Assembly: GCA_028534125.1 (NCBI GenBank)
Contig: CM052817.1
Span: 2,792,001 to 2,856,000, forward strand
Direction of reading: 5' to 3'
Length of the DNA: 64,000 nt
Source: Lama glama
Lineage: Eukaryota
Numbering within the stretch: the first letter of the stretch is position 1; each line of letters starts with the position of its first letter. This document shows positions 14,263 to 32,267 of this stretch, piece by piece. The notes under the pieces were generated by a model, which made no database searches, had not been told where the DNA came from, and saw only the letters and a list, made by a program, of their open reading frames with translations. A program made the translations under genes and the position numbers.

Positions 14263-14495
14263 TCAGACCCAGGGCCCCGGCAACCTGCAGACATGAACTT
14301 TGTCTTCCCTGCTCTATCGTCAGCAGCCCCCCAGCCCCGTCCGGAGGGTGTCCCCAGACCAAGCGGCCCTGGGATCTGCCCCTTCCCACGGCGTGCACTG
14401 TGGGGCCTGCAGGCACCTGCTGTGCACCTGCCATGTGCCTGGCCTCTTGGGTTCCCTGTCTGAAGGAAGACAGGACCGCCTGGAACAGCACATTA

Positions 14496-15041
<546 letters not shown>

Positions 15042-15782
15042 TCAGGCCTCCTATCAGAGCAGCCAGCCCAGGCCTTGTACCCAACTCAGAGCCCCCAGTC
15101 CCGCCCCCACCATCCCACTGGAGCATTAAATGGCTCTGCCCACCACCACCCAAGAGAAAGGTCAGCTCAGGGTGTTGTGACACACCAGGGCCCCTGGGCC
15201 CTGAGCAGGTTAGGGTGTGAGACTTACCTACTAGCTACACCACATATCTCAGACCAGCCTGGCCCCCCCAGGGTGAGAAGGGCCCAACCAGGAGGGCCCA
15301 ACAGCACAACACCCCCTTGGGCTCTGAAAACACATTTATCTGCACCCTGGGGCTGAGTCACAAGCCCTGAGCTGGACAGACAGAGGGCGGAGGAGCCGCC
15401 CTCCCTGGGAGGCACGCGCAGACCTGGGCCGTGGTCCAGTCCCCATGTGCTGTGTCCTTGGACACGCCCCGGTGCCTCTCTGAGCCTGTTTCCTCATCTG
15501 TAAGATGAGGGGACAGGCCTCACATCCATGGGTGATTGGCTCACCGGGATGCAGGCTATGAGCCAAGAGTTGCCTCTGGCCCTCCCCCGTCCTTCCTTGC
15601 TCTCTTCCTCCCAGGTAGGGCGTGGGGGTCAAGGTCATCCCCGGCCAAACTGCCAGGAAACTAAACACATGCTTGGGGGTCCTGCCTCCAAGTGGGGGCC
15701 TCTGCCCGCCACACCTGTGCCTGGGCCCGTTGAGGGACGCCCACCTGACGCCCACCCTCCTGGACGCACAGTGGCCGCTCAC

Positions 15783-15905
15783 CCGATAGAAGGTCACGGC
15801 TTTCTCCCGCTCCCAGGTCCCGTTGAAGAAGATGTCTCCAGCCGCCTCAAAGAGCTGCAGCCCCAGGTGGGGGTCCCCCGTGCACAGCGCTGCGTTCTGT
15901 GCCAC
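15783..15905 (-). CDS. SH3TC1: SH3TC1 exon 15: VAQNAALCTGDPHLGLQLFEAAGDIFFNGTWEREKAVTFYR
   Basis: Acceptor tccttgcag|GTG, donor CGG|gtgagc; 123 nt, phase 0-0. Confidence 0.96.
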
Positions 15906-16970
15906 CTGCAAGGATGCAGGGACCCTTCTGGAACCCACAGCACCCCGCAGGGTGAGGTGGCCGGGCCCTCTGGGACCCCTCAGATGGCCCCATGTGCCCC
16001 GACTGCACCAGCAAGCCTCGAGGGCCCCTTCCTCTCGCACACCTCAGTCCCTGTGCACTCGGGGCCCTTGCTGCCCACTGGGGGCAGGATGGTAATCTAA
16101 GCCCCGTGTCGCTTGAGGAGGCCTGCCCAGCTGAGGCCCCAGGAACCAGCAGGTGTGGACTGGCGGCCGCCTGGGACGGAGCGCAGAGCCGGCCTCTGAA
16201 CCCTGTGGCCACGCCCGGACAACAGCACTCTGGCCAGTTTCACGGGGCGCTCCTCATCCAGGGGCCGTGGGTCCCGCCACCTTCCCTCCCGGGCCCTTAG
16301 TAACGCCTGACCACATGTCCCCTTGTCCCTCCCACCAGAGGACGGAGGCTGTCGCCCCTCTGCTGCGCCCGGGGCTGCACAGGATGTGCCAGTGAGTGAC
16401 CGCCCCGGCCCGCAGTCCAGCCATGCCCAGCAGCGTGCAGCCCCAGGACTTGCCACGCTCCGTGCACCTCTGGGGCTTTGCCCCTGTGAGTCCCGGTGCG
16501 GAGACGCCCCCTCCCCGGGTGGGCACTGCGCCCCCCCACGCCCTGCAGCTCTAACAGCCTCCGTGACCACCTAGGCGGACCGAGCCCACCCTCCCGGCTG
16601 CTTTACGCCCTGCGGCCCTGGCCCCAGGTGGCATTGTTCACTGAGGAGTCTGCCCCTGTCTCGGCCATAAGCTCCTGATCTGGAGCCTCAGCCCCTGGCT
16701 TAGGGGCATACACAGCAGGTGCTCAAAAAGGAGTAAACCCACAGGGGTCTTGGGCCTCTCAATTTGCTGCCAGTCATGTCACATTCGAGAAAGCGTCTAA
16801 AAACAGAGCTTTTCTGAGAAATGCATTTTTTAGGGAGAAACGCCGGGTGCAGCTGAAGCAAATTCTGTGTGTCAGCTGGTGGGCCAGCCTTGGCACATTT
16901 ATCGAGCACTTGCTGTATACCAACACGCTAGTGGGCACCGTGGGGCCCCCGCCTCTGCCCCCAGAGCTCA

Positions 16971-17273
<303 letters not shown>

Positions 17274-18349
17274 TCAGAACAGTGCTCCCGGGCTAGCCAC
17301 CACAGCGGGTGGGCCAGGCTCTCCCCAGGGCCTGTCTGGCGATGATGGACCTAGGATGTCGGGAGCAGGAACACAGCCTGCCCTTCCCAGGCCAATGGGA
17401 GAGCCAGGATGAACACAGCAGGCTCGTAGCAAAGATGGAGACCCTTGGGAGGGAAACAGGCAGCCCCAGGGCCCACCACCATCTCTGTCTTGCCTTCCCA
17501 AACGTGGGCCCACATCGCCTCCAGACGCAGCTGGGATTGTGGCCCCTGGGCAGAAATTTAGACGCTGTCCGGGCCAGTGGTTTTCCTGCTGAGTGAGTGA
17601 GCATCAGAGCCACCCCTCGGCAGAAGGGAAGAGGGGAAGCCAATCAAACACAGACTGCAGGGCCCTATTCCGGAGCTGCCAGCTCCGGAGGTCTGGAGTG
17701 AGGCCTGGGAGGGTGCATTTCCACCTAGCGCCAGATGGCGTGGGCACTGATGACCTGGGGCCCCCACTTTGAGAAGCATCGATCTAGGGCGCTGGCCCAT
17801 CGGTCCTGCCATGAAACCGAGGTCCGAGGATGATGCTGGAGGCCGTCTCCCAAGTCCTGGGAAACCTGGCTCCTTCCCTGCTCCCAGGGAGCCCCACACG
17901 GGGGGGTGTCATCAGAGACTCTGCTGGCCCTCCCTGCAGGCAGTGTGGCCCCACCGTTTGTAGCAGCCCCAGTCAGGCTGTTCTGGGCGGGCTTCACACG
18001 GGACATGCAGACCGGAAGCTCTGCCCCGGGAAGCAGGCGGGACAGCCGCAGTCCTCCCGTGGACGAGAACCCTCCAGGCACTTGTGGCTGCTGTCCTCCA
18101 GGGGGCAGATGAGGACCAGACCACCCCGCCCACAGCTGGGCCAGTGGGGTCAGCTTGCAGAAGCCACCGTGGCAGGAAGAATGGCCAGAAACACGCACTC
18201 TGCCTCCCCGGGGGACAAGACGAGGCCTGCTGGCCCACAGCCCGTCTGACACTAAGGAGCGAAGTGGCACCTGAGGAGGGGCTGTGCTGTGTCGGTGGGC
18301 CAGCCTTCTCCCCGCCCCACCCCGCCCTGCCCCCGAGGGCTGGCCCTCA

Positions 18350-18670
<321 letters not shown>

Positions 18671-18999
18671 TCAAGGTCACACAGCTAGCGGGCATTCCTT
18701 GTTGGGGCCAGGCAGGGCACGTCCTGGGTGCGTGAGAGACAGCAGTGACCACTTTTATAACCCCTAGGCCGGGCTCTCCCGGCGCATTAGGACGCTGTTT
18801 CTGCATCACAAAACTCCTCCCAGCCAAACAGGGGCTGCCCTCACTCAGAGCTGATGACCCCATGTTGCAGACAGACCAGCAGAGTTCAAAGCTGAGTACC
18901 AAGTCTAGAGCACACGGCATGCCGTGGAGACAAAATTCAAATCTGGCTCCGGCATTCCAAAGCCAATGCTCCTTCATGAAGCCAGCCTCCAAAACCAGC

Positions 19000-19880
19000 G
19001 TCTCACTAGCATCTCCTAAAACCAGAGGGCTGGGATGGCTGGGAGCTTCCTTTATTAAAAATGACCCAGAGAGGAACAAGGTTAGAGACTTGAGCGCCGT
19101 GAACCAGCCAGACCTAAGAGACTCCGGGACATGCCCCCAACAAGAGCAGAACACAAGGCCTCACACACCCGTGGAACTTCCTCCAGGACAGACCAGCGGC
19201 TGGACCACAGAACACCTCTCCTTACACGTAAGAAGACTGAAGCCATACAAAGCACCTTCTCCAGCTGCGGTGGTGCGAAATCAGACAGCAGTAACAGAAG
19301 GCAGTTTGGGGAATTCATGAGTTTGTAGAAATGAACAGCATGTTTCTTAATACCCAGTGGGCCAAAGAAGAAATCACAGCAGCAATGAGGAGATGCTTGG
19401 GAAGAGCGAGCATTTCAGCACCGCCTAGGAGATGCGGAGAGAGCAGTGCTTACAGGGGCTTTGTTGCTGTAAACACCTTCGTTAAAAAAAGAATTAAAAT
19501 CTCAAATCAAAACCCTGAACTTCTCCCTTAAGAAACTGGAAAAACGAGAGTTAACCAGACCCAAGCTGGCCAAAGGAAGGAAAAATAGAAGTTCGGGTGG
19601 AAATGATGAATAAACTAGAGAACAGAAAAACAACAGAGACAATCAGTGAAACCAAATGACAGTTCGCTGGAAAGGTCGACAACACTGACAAACTGTTAGC
19701 AGACTGACCAGGAGAAAAAGGAAGGAGGTGGAAATGGCTAGAATCAGGAGTGAAAGAGGGGCCACTAGCACCGATCTCACAGAAACAAAGGGGATTCTGT
19801 GAACAACTGCGCACCGACAAATCAGACACCTGGATGGAAGGGACGAACCCTAGAAGGACACAGACTGCCGACATGGACGG
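19000..19880 (+). mobile_element. L1M ORF2 fragment, antisense to SH3TC1 (intron 12)
   Basis: cagtgggccaaagaagaaatcaca; cttaagaaactggaaaa; ctgacaaactgttagcagactgacca; tgtgaacaactgcgcacc. Confidence 0.75.
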
Positions 19881-20920
19881 AGAAACGAGCCAGGGCCAGC
19901 ACCGGGTGACCCCAGGACGTCGCCCCAGCCCTTAGTCTCCTCACTGTTCATATGGAGGAGGGGAAAAACACGCCCCCCCGGGCCCCCCAGCTTGGCTTTC
20001 CCAAGTCTGAATCCTCTAGTTCCCTGGTGGGAGAGGGGCTCACGGGGAGTTTCTGAGAGGTCCTCCGGGGGCTACGTGACATTGGTGAGCACCGCCAGGA
20101 CCTGTCCAAGGCCACAGAGCTGGTTGGAGGGCCCAGCACTTGGTTCCTCCTGGAGGTCCAGAGGGTCCCCTTCCAGCCCAGTGAGTGTCCTACATCCCTC
20201 AGTGGCTCCCCAGTGCTCTCAGGGAAAACGCCAAACCACAGCCTGGGTTCCTACACCCCTGCCTAGCCCCCAGCCTGAGGTTCTCACTGCCCACCGCCTG
20301 CCCCAACCATTCCAAATTATGCACCTCCCTGCGTGGCCCAGCTCACAATCCTCAGGGCCTTTGTACAGGCTGCTCCTTCTGCCAGCCCCCCATCCCGTGT
20401 TTGACTAAACTCTCCTGTCTCTTAGGTCCCAGACTGAACAGACTGGAGCCACCCACCATCCAGCTGAGCACCTGCTTTTGTGGCTCTTGTGATCCCAGGC
20501 ACCTGTTTCCAACGCTTGGCCGCCAGCCCCCTGCGAGGCTCACTTGGGTCTTGTTGGCAGGTGGAGCCGTGCACAGAGCCTGGCATACTCACACAAGCTG
20601 CTGCTGGATGAAGAAACTTCCCTGCACCCCCTGTGCAGGGGGAGGTATCTGGTGTGCAGGGCTGTTGGGCGATGCCAAGGAGAGAGCACCAACTACAGCA
20701 TCCAGCGACCAAGACTCACGCCGCTCCTCTGATCGGCCGCTCCTGCCTGGCCGGGGGCAAGCCCCTCTGCCCTACACTGCTGGGACGCCCAGTCTCGGGA
20801 CTCTCAGCGCACAAAGCAGAGCAGTCCCAGGCAAGCCTGGACAAGCTGGCTGCCCTGCTGATGTCCGGCCCAGCACGGGACACCCTCAAAGCTCTTGCCA
20901 GTGCCTGCTGGTTTCCACTA

Positions 20921-22240
<1,320 letters not shown>

Positions 22241-22740
22241 NNNNNNNNNNNNNNNNNNNNNNNNNNNNNNNNNNNNNNNNNNNNNNNNNNNNNNNNNNNN
22301 NNNNNNNNNNNNNNNNNNNNNNNNNNNNNNNNNNNNNNNNNNNNNNNNNNNNNNNNNNNNNNNNNNNNNNNNNNNNNNNNNNNNNNNNNNNNNNNNNNNN
22401 NNNNNNNNNNNNNNNNNNNNNNNNNNNNNNNNNNNNNNNNNNNNNNNNNNNNNNNNNNNNNNNNNNNNNNNNNNNNNNNNNNNNNNNNNNNNNNNNNNNN
22501 NNNNNNNNNNNNNNNNNNNNNNNNNNNNNNNNNNNNNNNNNNNNNNNNNNNNNNNNNNNNNNNNNNNNNNNNNNNNNNNNNNNNNNNNNNNNNNNNNNNN
22601 NNNNNNNNNNNNNNNNNNNNNNNNNNNNNNNNNNNNNNNNNNNNNNNNNNNNNNNNNNNNNNNNNNNNNNNNNNNNNNNNNNNNNNNNNNNNNNNNNNNN
22701 NNNNNNNNNNNNNNNNNNNNNNNNNNNNNNNNNNNNNNNN
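22241..22740. other. Assembly gap (500 N) interrupting SH3TC1 coding sequence
   Basis: Run of exactly 500 N. The minus-strand reading frame is open right at its edge (QARVYFEEA) with no acceptor. Confidence 0.99.
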
Positions 22741-22811
22741 GAGCCGACTAGAGGGATCTAGGAAGCAAATCTCATATTGGTGGGAATGCGTGTCAGCCAG
22801 CGGCAGAAAGG

Positions 22812-23055
22812 ATGTGTGTGGACACGTGTGTGTGTGTATACGTGTACGCACGTGCGCACACATGCGTGGATGTGTAGGTGGATGTGTGTGTTTTCATGTG
22901 TGCCCCTGTGTGTGTACAGTTGTGTGTGTGCAGGGGTGTGTGTCTGCATTTGTGTGAGTGTGTCTGCACGTGTGTGTCTGTCAGTGTATGGTGTGTGTGC
23001 ACGTACGTGTGTGTGCATACCTGTGTCTGTGTGGGTGTGCACACACGTGCACGCA
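22812..23055. repeat. Degenerate (TG)n alternating purine-pyrimidine microsatellite
   Basis: About 240 nt of gtgtgt/gcacgt repeats, 70 nt from the assembly gap. Confidence 0.9.
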
Positions 23056-23613
23056 CCTCCGTCTGGCAGGAGAAAGGAATGAGCTGTACAGCCACATCCC
23101 TGTAGGGGGACTGGCGAGTCGCTCCAGCACTGTCCCCTCTGCCACATTTTCTTTCATTGTGGCTGTTGACACACTTCCTTCACCTATGATTTGCACTGCA
23201 GCCCCCAGAGAAATCCTTTCCTAAACTGAGGGCCTTGAGATCAACAGAACAGCATTGTGTTCAGGAGGTGGCCACCCTGAAGTGTAGCCCCGGCCACCCA
23301 GAGGCCAGGCAACCCAGGCCAGACCACAGCCTCGAGAGCCCGGAGTCCTGATCCGATGGTGGGGAGGGAGGTCCCCCTTACACGGAGTGGGCAGAGGGCC
23401 AGGGCAGTGCTGGCCGGAACAGAACTGGCCGGCACGCTCGCCGCCGCCCCAGCGCCCGGAGTGAGGGAGGCCTCGGGCGGATGGGGGGCTTGGGGCCGCT
23501 CTCCTGCGCCTCCCTGGCTCTGGCCCTGTTCCTCCCTCTGTGTCTGGCCTGCTTGGCCTTGTGTGGCCCTACCTGCCCCAAAGGCAGCGACAGCACTTGT
23601 AGAATCCCCTTTA

Positions 23614-24177
<564 letters not shown>

Positions 24178-24639
24178 TCACACTAAGACCCTTTTCTACT
24201 CCCTAACTTGACAGACAGTCCCTGTACACCTGCCCTGTGCCTAGCGGTAAAAACACCAGGATATAAAAAAAATAGATCCTGTTCCCAAGGGTGCTTTGTC
24301 TTGCTGGAGGCAGACACCCAGGAGTAGGGAAGGCTGTGATAGATGCAGCAGGTCACAGCATGCTGGGGAGGTAAGCTCCTGGACAGCCTTCAAAACCCCA
24401 CCTCAAATGCCCTTTCCCCTGCAAGGCTGGCCCTGACAGTTACAGGCAGACCTGATCCCTCCGCAATGAAAGCGCCCACAGCGCCTCACATGACTTCTGC
24501 CAGTGCTTTCCCCAGTGCCCAGCACGGACACAGGGCACTTGTGTGCTCTGAGAAGTCAGGGTGGGGAAAAACAGGAAGGAACAGAGGGAGGAAGAGGGGA
24601 GCAATTTCTGCTTATAGGACCAAGTCACCAGCAAAATGC

Positions 24640-25205
24640 AAGACTTTCAAATGTACTTTGGATGTACTTAGAGGGAGCTATTTTGAGAAGTTCAAGAAAG
24701 CCTCAGGGCAGATTGTGGGATATTCGACAAAACAGCAGGCTTCTATTCCTTACAAATGTCAGTGCCCTAAAGGACAGAGACACCGAGGGACTGTTTCAGA
24801 TCAAGGAGACAAGACTGAAGAGATGGAGAACTGGTAACACGTAGTCTGGAATTTTCTTTGGCTGCAGAGGGAATTACTGGGAAAAGTGGCAAAATCTGAA
24901 TAAGGCCTGCAGATGACAGTATTGTAATAATGTTAACTTCCTGATTCTGACAGGTGTGTGTGGCTATGTAAGCCATGTCCTGGTTTTAGGAAACACACAG
25001 TGCATTCTTTAGGAGTAAAGGGACATCATGCTTGCAAATAACTCCCAAAGAATTTAGGCAAAAAAATTGAAAAAAAAAGAAGAGGAGAAAGTAAATGTCA
25101 TAACATTAACATCTGGGCAATCTGGGTGAAGGATATGCAGGAATTTTATGCTCTCCTTGCAACTTTTGTCTAAGTCTGAAATTATGTCAAAATAAAGTTA
25201 AAAGA
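24640..25205 (+). mobile_element. L1MC-like 3' region
   Basis: aatgttaacttcctgattctga; gggcaatctgggtgaaggatat; ttgcaacttttgtctaagtctgaaattat. Confidence 0.7.
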
Positions 25206-26433
25206 AATGAAGAATAACCACAAAACAAAGGATGTAAGTCCAGATCTGGAATAGGAAAGACGCTCAGTAAACGTCTGTAGAGTGAAGGAAAGGAGTTGGT
25301 AGGGCTTCTCCAGCTGTAAACAGGACCAATGGCACCAGGCCCCATTGCCCTTCTGGGAGAAGGGAGGGCAGCAGGCTGGCTCCTCCCCACAGCAATAGCA
25401 GCTCAGACCCTTGACAAGCTCAGGGCATGTTCAATTCTCAAGGACCCCTGTCTGTGGAGAAGTTGTGGGCTCCTCAGAGATGCTGGAAGGCATCTAGCCC
25501 AGGGGCCCCCAGAGGGCTGCACAGAATACCAGGCGATGGGCTGTGTGCAAAAAGGAGTCTGGAGGTCCAATAGGGTGGGAAACACATTTCAGCAGGAGAA
25601 AGAAAACTCAGACTCTGGGTGCCTTCCTTGTGCTGGGAATCCCTGTGGACTGCCAACCAGGGCGCGTAGGGGGCACATCCCTACTGAGGAAGTTCGGAAT
25701 GGATCCCTGGGGGAGCGCACACCTTGGGAACCACAGGTGGGGCGTCCGAGCCCAGCCCAGCTTCAAACTGCTTCTCGTGAACAGGGGCAAAGAGGTGCCA
25801 GAACAGACAGACACTTGAGTCAGGGAACAAAGTGACTGTGGGACTCGTCATGATGCCCAAGTGGCCTCTGAGAGTTGGTCTGGGGGTTGTCGGTCTATCT
25901 GCAGCTTTAGGCAAGAACGAGCTGGGCTGTCCGGGCTGGGGGGGCCCTGAGGACGTGCACCCCATGTTTGTGCATGGTGAGGCCCGGCTGGGTGCTGGCC
26001 CTGCAAAGGGACTTCTCTACACACTGACTCCTGGGCTAAAGGCTGAACAAGAAAAGGTCAAGAACACAGTTGTGCTTGCTGACCACTCTCCCCAGACCCC
26101 CCGTTGCCGTCCAGGGTCAGGTGGTGGGGGCACGGAGGTGACCGGCCAGCCAGGAAGGGCGCCCCCAGGGATGAGCTACTGGCGATGAGACGGGACCAGT
26201 GAGGGTCCCTGGACAACGGTACGGTCGGGACGGAGGGGGGCGTCTCACACAGGGGGACGCGCATGTCGAACCAGCATCGTCCTAGAAGGGGTGAGCCAAC
26301 TCCCAGAGCTAGACTTAGGGTGAGATGATGGTGAGTGGGAGCCTATGAAACTGAGGGTTACCAGGGCCTGGGCTGGGGGCCCCTGAAGGCCAGGCCCAGA
26401 ACTTTGAAGGTTTGATGAAGGGGAGTGGCCTGG

Positions 26434-26790
26434 TGTACGGGGTTGAATGTTTGAAAGTAGGATTTTTTAGATGCAATCAAGTAAAGGGTCCTGACAGCAG
26501 GAGATGATTCTGGGTTATCTGGTGGGCCCCTAATCCAGCAACAGGAGAGGCGGAGGAGAGGGCACAGACACGGGGAAGAGGCCACAGGAAGACGGAGGCG
26601 GAGGTTGGGACGATGCGGCCACGGGGACGCCTAGAGCCACCGGAGCTGGAAGAGGCTGGCAGGACCCTCCCCTGGAGGCTCTGAGGGAGGCAGCCCTGCT
26701 CACACCTTGGTTGGGACGTCTGCCTCCAGTCTGTTGTTTCAAGCCCTCTGTTTGCGGTTCTCTCCCCGCAGCCCTGGGGCACTCATGCAC
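26434..26790 (+). mobile_element. MLT1 solo LTR
   Basis: ggtgggcccctaatcca; gaagacggaggcggaggttggg; gagctggaagaggc; ctgttgtttcaagcc. Confidence 0.75.
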
Positions 26791-27069
26791 AGGGACAGCT
26801 ATGTATTTCAGGGGCCAGGCCCTAGCAGCACTGGGAGGAGGGTGGGAGGGGTCCAGACAGGAAGCTGGGGGCAGTGGGACGGCCCTGGTCTTGGGCTAGG
26901 CCTAGTCCTAGGGACAGAGGTGGGAGGGACGACGAGGAGGGGAGGGGGAAGGGCAGGGGTGCTGTCCAGGACGCCGCCCAGATCTGTCACCTAGGAAGCG
27001 GGTGTTCAGGGCAGGGGTCCCACAGGGGCAAAGGGTGGACTCAGAAAGGGGTGGGGCCTTGGCCACTCA

Positions 27070-27288
<219 letters not shown>

Positions 27289-28079
27289 TCAGTGCTGGGG
27301 GGCTGGGCGGGCAGACGAGTGGCCCTTGGCCAGCCAGTTGGTGCCCCAGCTGGGGAACACATAGTCCTGATGAGGAACTCATCTGGCACCTGGCTGGGGT
27401 TGCGGGGCCACTGCACATGAGGGGCTGGATGTCCCACCCCCTTGAAGGGGACACTTTATCCTCACACTGAGGATGAGGAATGGAGGCCAGGAGACGCTGA
27501 TGAACTTGGCCCAGGGCCGTCAGCATCCAAAGCCAGGGCCCACCCAGAGCAAATACAGCTGTAAGTGTCCTCCTGTGGGCCTGACGTCCATTTAACAGGT
27601 ACGCGAGGCCACACAGACACCGGCCAGCCTGGGGCACAGCAACACACGCTGGGCCAGGAGCCCAAGCCGTCTTCCCCAAAAGACCCCTGCCTCATGCTCC
27701 TTTAATAGCCCTGTGGAGAGTTCAGATGGGGGCCTAGCCCACACCCCTCTACCCCTACCCCAGGGTCCTCCAAGGTGTCTGACGTAGCACCCGGAAGGCA
27801 GCAAAATCTGAGAAAGTGCTTGTTGAACAGTGTGTGGAGTCACACTCTAGAAGCACAGTGGCCAGAGTCCTGGCCTCGCTGTGTGCTGTGTGGGTTTGGG
27901 CCAGCCATGGACCTCTCTGATCCTCCGTTTTTGCTTCTCGAATCAGAGAGGATTCTAGCTACCTCTTCTGGCTACCTCGGGGAGGATTCAGGGTGAGCAC
28001 GAAAGCTTTCAGAATGCTGGTACCCACCCCTCCTTACCCGCCTCTTCCCCAGGGGAGGAGAGCCAATGGAAACATTTAC

Positions 28080-28156
28080 CCATCTGCTGGCTGTCCGGTG
28101 TCACAGGTCCACCCATGGAGTCGCTGATGGGGTCCCAGGGGACCCTAAGAGCCCAC
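28080..28156 (-). CDS. SH3TC1: SH3TC1 exon 8: WALRVPWDPISDSMGGPVTPDSQQM
   Basis: Acceptor cgctccag|G, donor G|gtaaat; 77 nt, phase 2-1. Translated by hand; not in the ORF track. Confidence 0.92.
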
Positions 28157-28921
28157 CTGGAGCGAGGTGAGAGGGGAGTTCAGATCTGGGGCAGACTGAG
28201 CCTGCATGTAGTCTGGACAAGTCAGCAGCCCCCAGGGACCCAAGCAGAATTCACCGCCTGCCCCACTGCACGCACACACATGGGCACACACAAGCACATG
28301 CCCGGGGGTAAGGCATTCAGGCCCAGCAGTGCCCCACGTCCCCCCACCCAGGTGCCTCCTCCCCGTCCTCAGGCTGGCGTCCTCGGAGATCCCCCCCCAT
28401 CCAGGGGGAGAAGCTGAGCCACAGACTGTTACTTCACAGCCACTGAACATGAGGAGATTGAATTTCTCTCTTTGCTTTGGCCACCAGGAAGCTCCAAGCC
28501 AAGTTTATGCCCTACGTTCAGTACATGAGCAGAAGCTTACATGCCACCTGTCCTCACTTTCCTCAGGCTTTCTCTGCCTTGGCTCTTATTTGCACAGATC
28601 CCTTCATGCTCCCTTACTATGGGCACAGGCTGTGTGGCTCCATCCAAAGATTTCCAGAATGAGCTGGAACAGGAAGCCAGAGCCCCATCCTTCATACTCC
28701 TGGGCCCTTGTCATCCCAGGACAGCCCTGCCAGGAAATGTCAGTGTCCTGTCGTGCACGGGACAGGCTTGAGGCCCAGAGAGCTGGTCTGGCTGGCCGAG
28801 GCCACACACTGAAAACAGCAGAAGGGGTCATGGCTGGGTCTGTCTGGGGCTCACACCGTTCTCCACCCACCCGCCTTGGCCTATGGATAGACCAGAGCAG
28901 AGAAACAAATGTCGGTACCTA

Positions 28922-29137
<216 letters not shown>

Positions 29138-29666
29138 TTAGGGCAGCTGGACACAGGGCAGGACCACCCCGCCCCACCAGGCAGCACTGCAGAGGTCCTT
29201 TCCCCTCCCCTCCACTCCGTTTCTACATCCACAGAAAGACACTGGAGGCCCCCAGGGCCCGGACTGGGAGGCTGGACCTGGACAGGAGTCCCTCCTCTGC
29301 CTGGGCTGGCCCTGGGAGCCCGGCTCATCCTGACTCCCTGGACCTCAGTTTCCCCTCTGTCTGGGCTATGAGGGGCCAGACACGCGATCCCAAGGGCCCT
29401 GTGGCCTGGACACCCGCCAGCAAGTCTGACCGCAGCCGGCCCCCACCCCGTCCGCTCTGTGGCCGCGGCAGGACGCACAGCTCGCGCTGTGTTCGCTGCA
29501 GGCTCGGAGCCCACCTGTGAGGCCACCGAGGCTCTCGGAGCGACAGCTGGGGCAGGGACGCGGGGTAGGGGTGGGGCACTTGCAAAAGCCCCTCTTCTGG
29601 CGTTTCTTTGGGGGCTGACCACGGTCTGCACAACTAAGTTCCAGAAGCACGTACCCTCCCTGCTCA

Positions 29667-30212
<546 letters not shown>

Positions 30213-30628
30213 CTATGAATGAGATGGGACAAGAGCATTCAGGGAGATCAGAATGCTGGGGGTGCTGGCACAGCCCTGCTCAAGGTGCACAAGAAACTGT
30301 CTTCCTGATTCTTATTTTCCACTTCCTCGGTCCTCAGCCTGGGCGTGGGGCAGCAGGGTTCCCAAGGAGAGGAACTTAGACAGCTGAAGCCTCCTTTAAA
30401 ACAGGGACTGTTTCAGGAAGAAACCACTCGGGTGGAGGCTGAGACACGTTTCCTGGTCTGTGCTCTGCCAGTCAGAGCTCAGTTTCCCTCGGGCACAGAC
30501 TTGGAAGGAATTTGGAAACTCAGTGTAAGACGTGTTCCCAGCACAGACCCGTGTGAGTCTGCAGCTCCTCCTGTGACATCAGTCCTCATAGAGAACAGAG
30601 GAGCACACGGAGAGGCTGTCATGAGCTA

Positions 30629-30991
<363 letters not shown>

Positions 30992-32009
30992 TCAAGCCAT
31001 CTGTAGCTCCTCAGTGCTGTACCAAGCCCTACTCCTTCCCAGAGCTTGCACGGCCTCCATGCTCTGAGCCTGCATCCTCTGTGACCCCATGTGACAGTTC
31101 CACCTGCCGCAAGCCCAACACACCAGCGATACCAGGTTCTCCGTGCTCCGGCTGTGCTCAGCCCTGTGCAGCCCCAGCCTCGCCTCCGGCCCCCTCCTGC
31201 AGCTTCAACTTGGGTTTCAATAGTAAATCCATCATCCCGTCTCCTGACGTCCATCCCATGAACACTCCTGATGGTGCTGGGGCATTAAAAGTAACGCCAG
31301 GCTGACACCGACCAAGCGTGTGTGTTGGGGGCAGTGGGTGCTCACAACATCTCCATTTGAATTGAGAAAATAAGGCCCCATTTCCTCTCTGAGGTCTGAC
31401 CCTCAGTAATTGGCACAGCCGGGAATCAGACCAGAGCCAGTGCGTTTAACCACCTACTCTTGCCTGGCCCCACAGGGGCAGCCCCGTAGCGGAGCACTGT
31501 GCTGAGTGTGCGACGCCTGCTGTGCACAGGCCCTCCCATCAGCTCCGTGGGGCAGCAGTTCTAAGCAACCCCAGTGTGTGGCTGAGGAAGCGGCATTCAC
31601 AGAGGCTCAGGGGCACCGGCCAAGGTCAAGCCAGGCTGAGTGCAAGGTCAGATGGTGACCGCCCAGCCGCCTTCACCACCCTCCTGCCAGACCGGCCCTC
31701 TGTGCAGAGGCCAGTCACCAACAAATCAAAGAGTAAGCTCAACCCACACCGGTCCTTCTTACTCCCTAGAAAGAGACTAAAAGTCCTGGCAGGGTGGCAC
31801 GTCCCTGGAGATAGGAGCTGGGGCATTCGGAACAGCCCACATGTGTCTGGGCTGCAGCGTGTAATCCGTGATCCCTGGCACCAGAAATCCAGGAGTGCAA
31901 ACGGGACAAGTCACAGTGCCACCATCAGGTGAGGTCAAGGCATGGCCGCCCCCTCCCCTGACCGTCGTCCCAGGAGGCCTGACATCACGGACAGGCCCTC
32001 CTCTTCCTA

Positions 32010-32267
<258 letters not shown>

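Noticed and set aside
17714..17742. CTCF-like GCGCCAGATGGCG (similar matches at about 44301 and 44508)
   Set aside because: Mismatch at conserved 5' core positions and wrong spacing to the upstream module; such partial matches are common in GC-rich DNA.
22741..22770. Possible acceptor tttgcttcctag|ATCCCTCT at the gap edge as the missing exon 11
   Set aside because: The phase fits (G|AT = Asp), but DPSSRL does not resemble the recalled acidic exon 11 peptide, and it cannot be tested without the gap sequence.
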